In this document: positions 63,010-64,000 of the stretch, in pieces
Numbering within the stretch: position 1 is the first letter of the stretch
How the letters are laid out: each line of letters opens with the position of its first letter
Assembly (NCBI GenBank): GCA_038496445.1
Contig: JALMLS010000079.1
Location: forward strand, 124,001-188,000
Direction: 5' to 3'
Source of the DNA: Trichosphaerium sp. ATCC 40318
Taxonomy: Eukaryota > Protista > Tubulinea
Length of the DNA: 64,000 nucleotides
Notes under the pieces: model-generated
Database searches by the model: none
What the model saw: only the letters and a program-made list of their open reading frames with translations
What the model was told of the DNA's origin: nothing
Translations under genes and position numbers: made by a program

Positions 63010-64000
63010 AAAAGTTTGTTTTATCATAAATAAACTCAGTCACTTCGCACTTTGTGTTGCTATTTGAATGACAATAATAGAAAGCACGTGCTTATTGGCG
63101 TGGAGTTGCAAACCGACAAAGTCACGTATTACAACAACACCATAATTCGAAGGTAAACGCAGTGGAACGAACCTAAGCTTTGCATTGTTTTTTTTCTCGG
63201 CGTTGAATTTCGTTGATCGTAAACACGATCTGTGCTTTCACGTACCTTTATACCTCATGTTTGCCATAGGTACACTTCAAAGCTGCATAGACGTTGTTTC
63301 TAATATATTTGTAGGCTCCAAACGGTTACAAGTTCATTTATGCCAAAAACCGCTTCTAGAGTCGCGCTATACTCTAGCTACGCGTAAACAACGTTATTCA
63401 TCAACAGGTTCAACCAAAATACAATATTGGCCTCAACCATCGTACGAAACAACATTCTATTGCGTGTTAATCTATCTCATAGGGTTTTAAAGACGATTGT
63501 ACGCATTTTCTCTACTCCGCCTAATATTTTCAATTCTATGCTATTCAGAGCAAAGATACTGATGGGTAAGCGCCCGGAAAGCTATTTAAATACCTTCTCA
63601 CTTTTTTTCTTAATTAAAGGCACCAATCTTTCAGTACATGATCGGATATCCTTTAGAAAACTTAAAAAAGATAACCAAGTACGTTTTTAAAAGAAAACAA
63701 GTCAATGACACCTGTGGAGCGCGTAAAAAAGTTGAGTTCATTTTTTTTGATGAAAAGTCGCTTTTTTGATTTTTGTGTTCTCTTGACAGTAGTTGCTTAA
63801 AATCTTTTTTTTTGCGTTTTTGATTATAAAAGAGAATTGGTTGAGTTTAAAGGAGTACATACAAAATAGCTGTGAAGTTAATTATCATTGCTGTGATGAT
63901 AAAAGACAAAACTAGTTTTGATGACATTTTTTCTGTTTTTTTGACAAAAACCTCACCCAACACTCAATGTCCTATACTTGTGAACATTTGAATTGCTAAT

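Noticed and set aside
1-64000. Stop-codon reassignment or selenocysteine readthrough to explain the short ORFs
   Set aside because: In the conserved genes, in-frame stops fall in removable introns. TAA, TAG and TGA all end genes, and AS3MT has Cys codons at the conserved sites.
1-64000. Prokaryotic operons, CRISPR array, rRNA
   Set aside because: No repeat-spacer array or rRNA motifs were seen, and gene structure is spliceosomal.

Overview
This is intron-dense, AT-rich eukaryotic nuclear DNA, so the ORF track is mostly exon fragments and I spliced the genes by hand. It is most likely from an amoebozoan protist, an inference from the ABP34-type actin bundler, a GlfB-C-like domain and an amoebozoan-style ADP-ribosyltransferase (ART) domain. 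About 25 genes with roughly 170 short introns read in the standard code. They include the SKI2 3' end, AS3MT, a YtcJ-like amidohydrolase, a mu-class GST, PRP38, a mitochondrial carrier, ankyrin-ART and MORN-SAM-ART, endonuclease I-LTD, a heme peroxidase, an LZTR1-like Kelch-BTB-BTB protein and several secreted or surface proteins. Non-coding items are a hAT-type MITE with an 8-bp TSD, a 3'-truncated tRNA-Arg(ACG), a degenerate U6 snRNA-like sequence, a Rab1 pseudogene, and inverted and direct segmental duplications around the peroxidase. The most unusual signals are: (1) about 75 CACGTG palindromes, roughly ten times chance, concentrated in tiny introns; (2) an unusual splicing landscape with GTACGT-type donors, six probable GC-AG introns and one U12-type intron with a TTTGA branch motif; (3) a pair of paralogous repeat-domain ARTs, one intact and one probably catalytically dead. 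All gene models and counts are manual and need RNA-seq or HMM confirmation.
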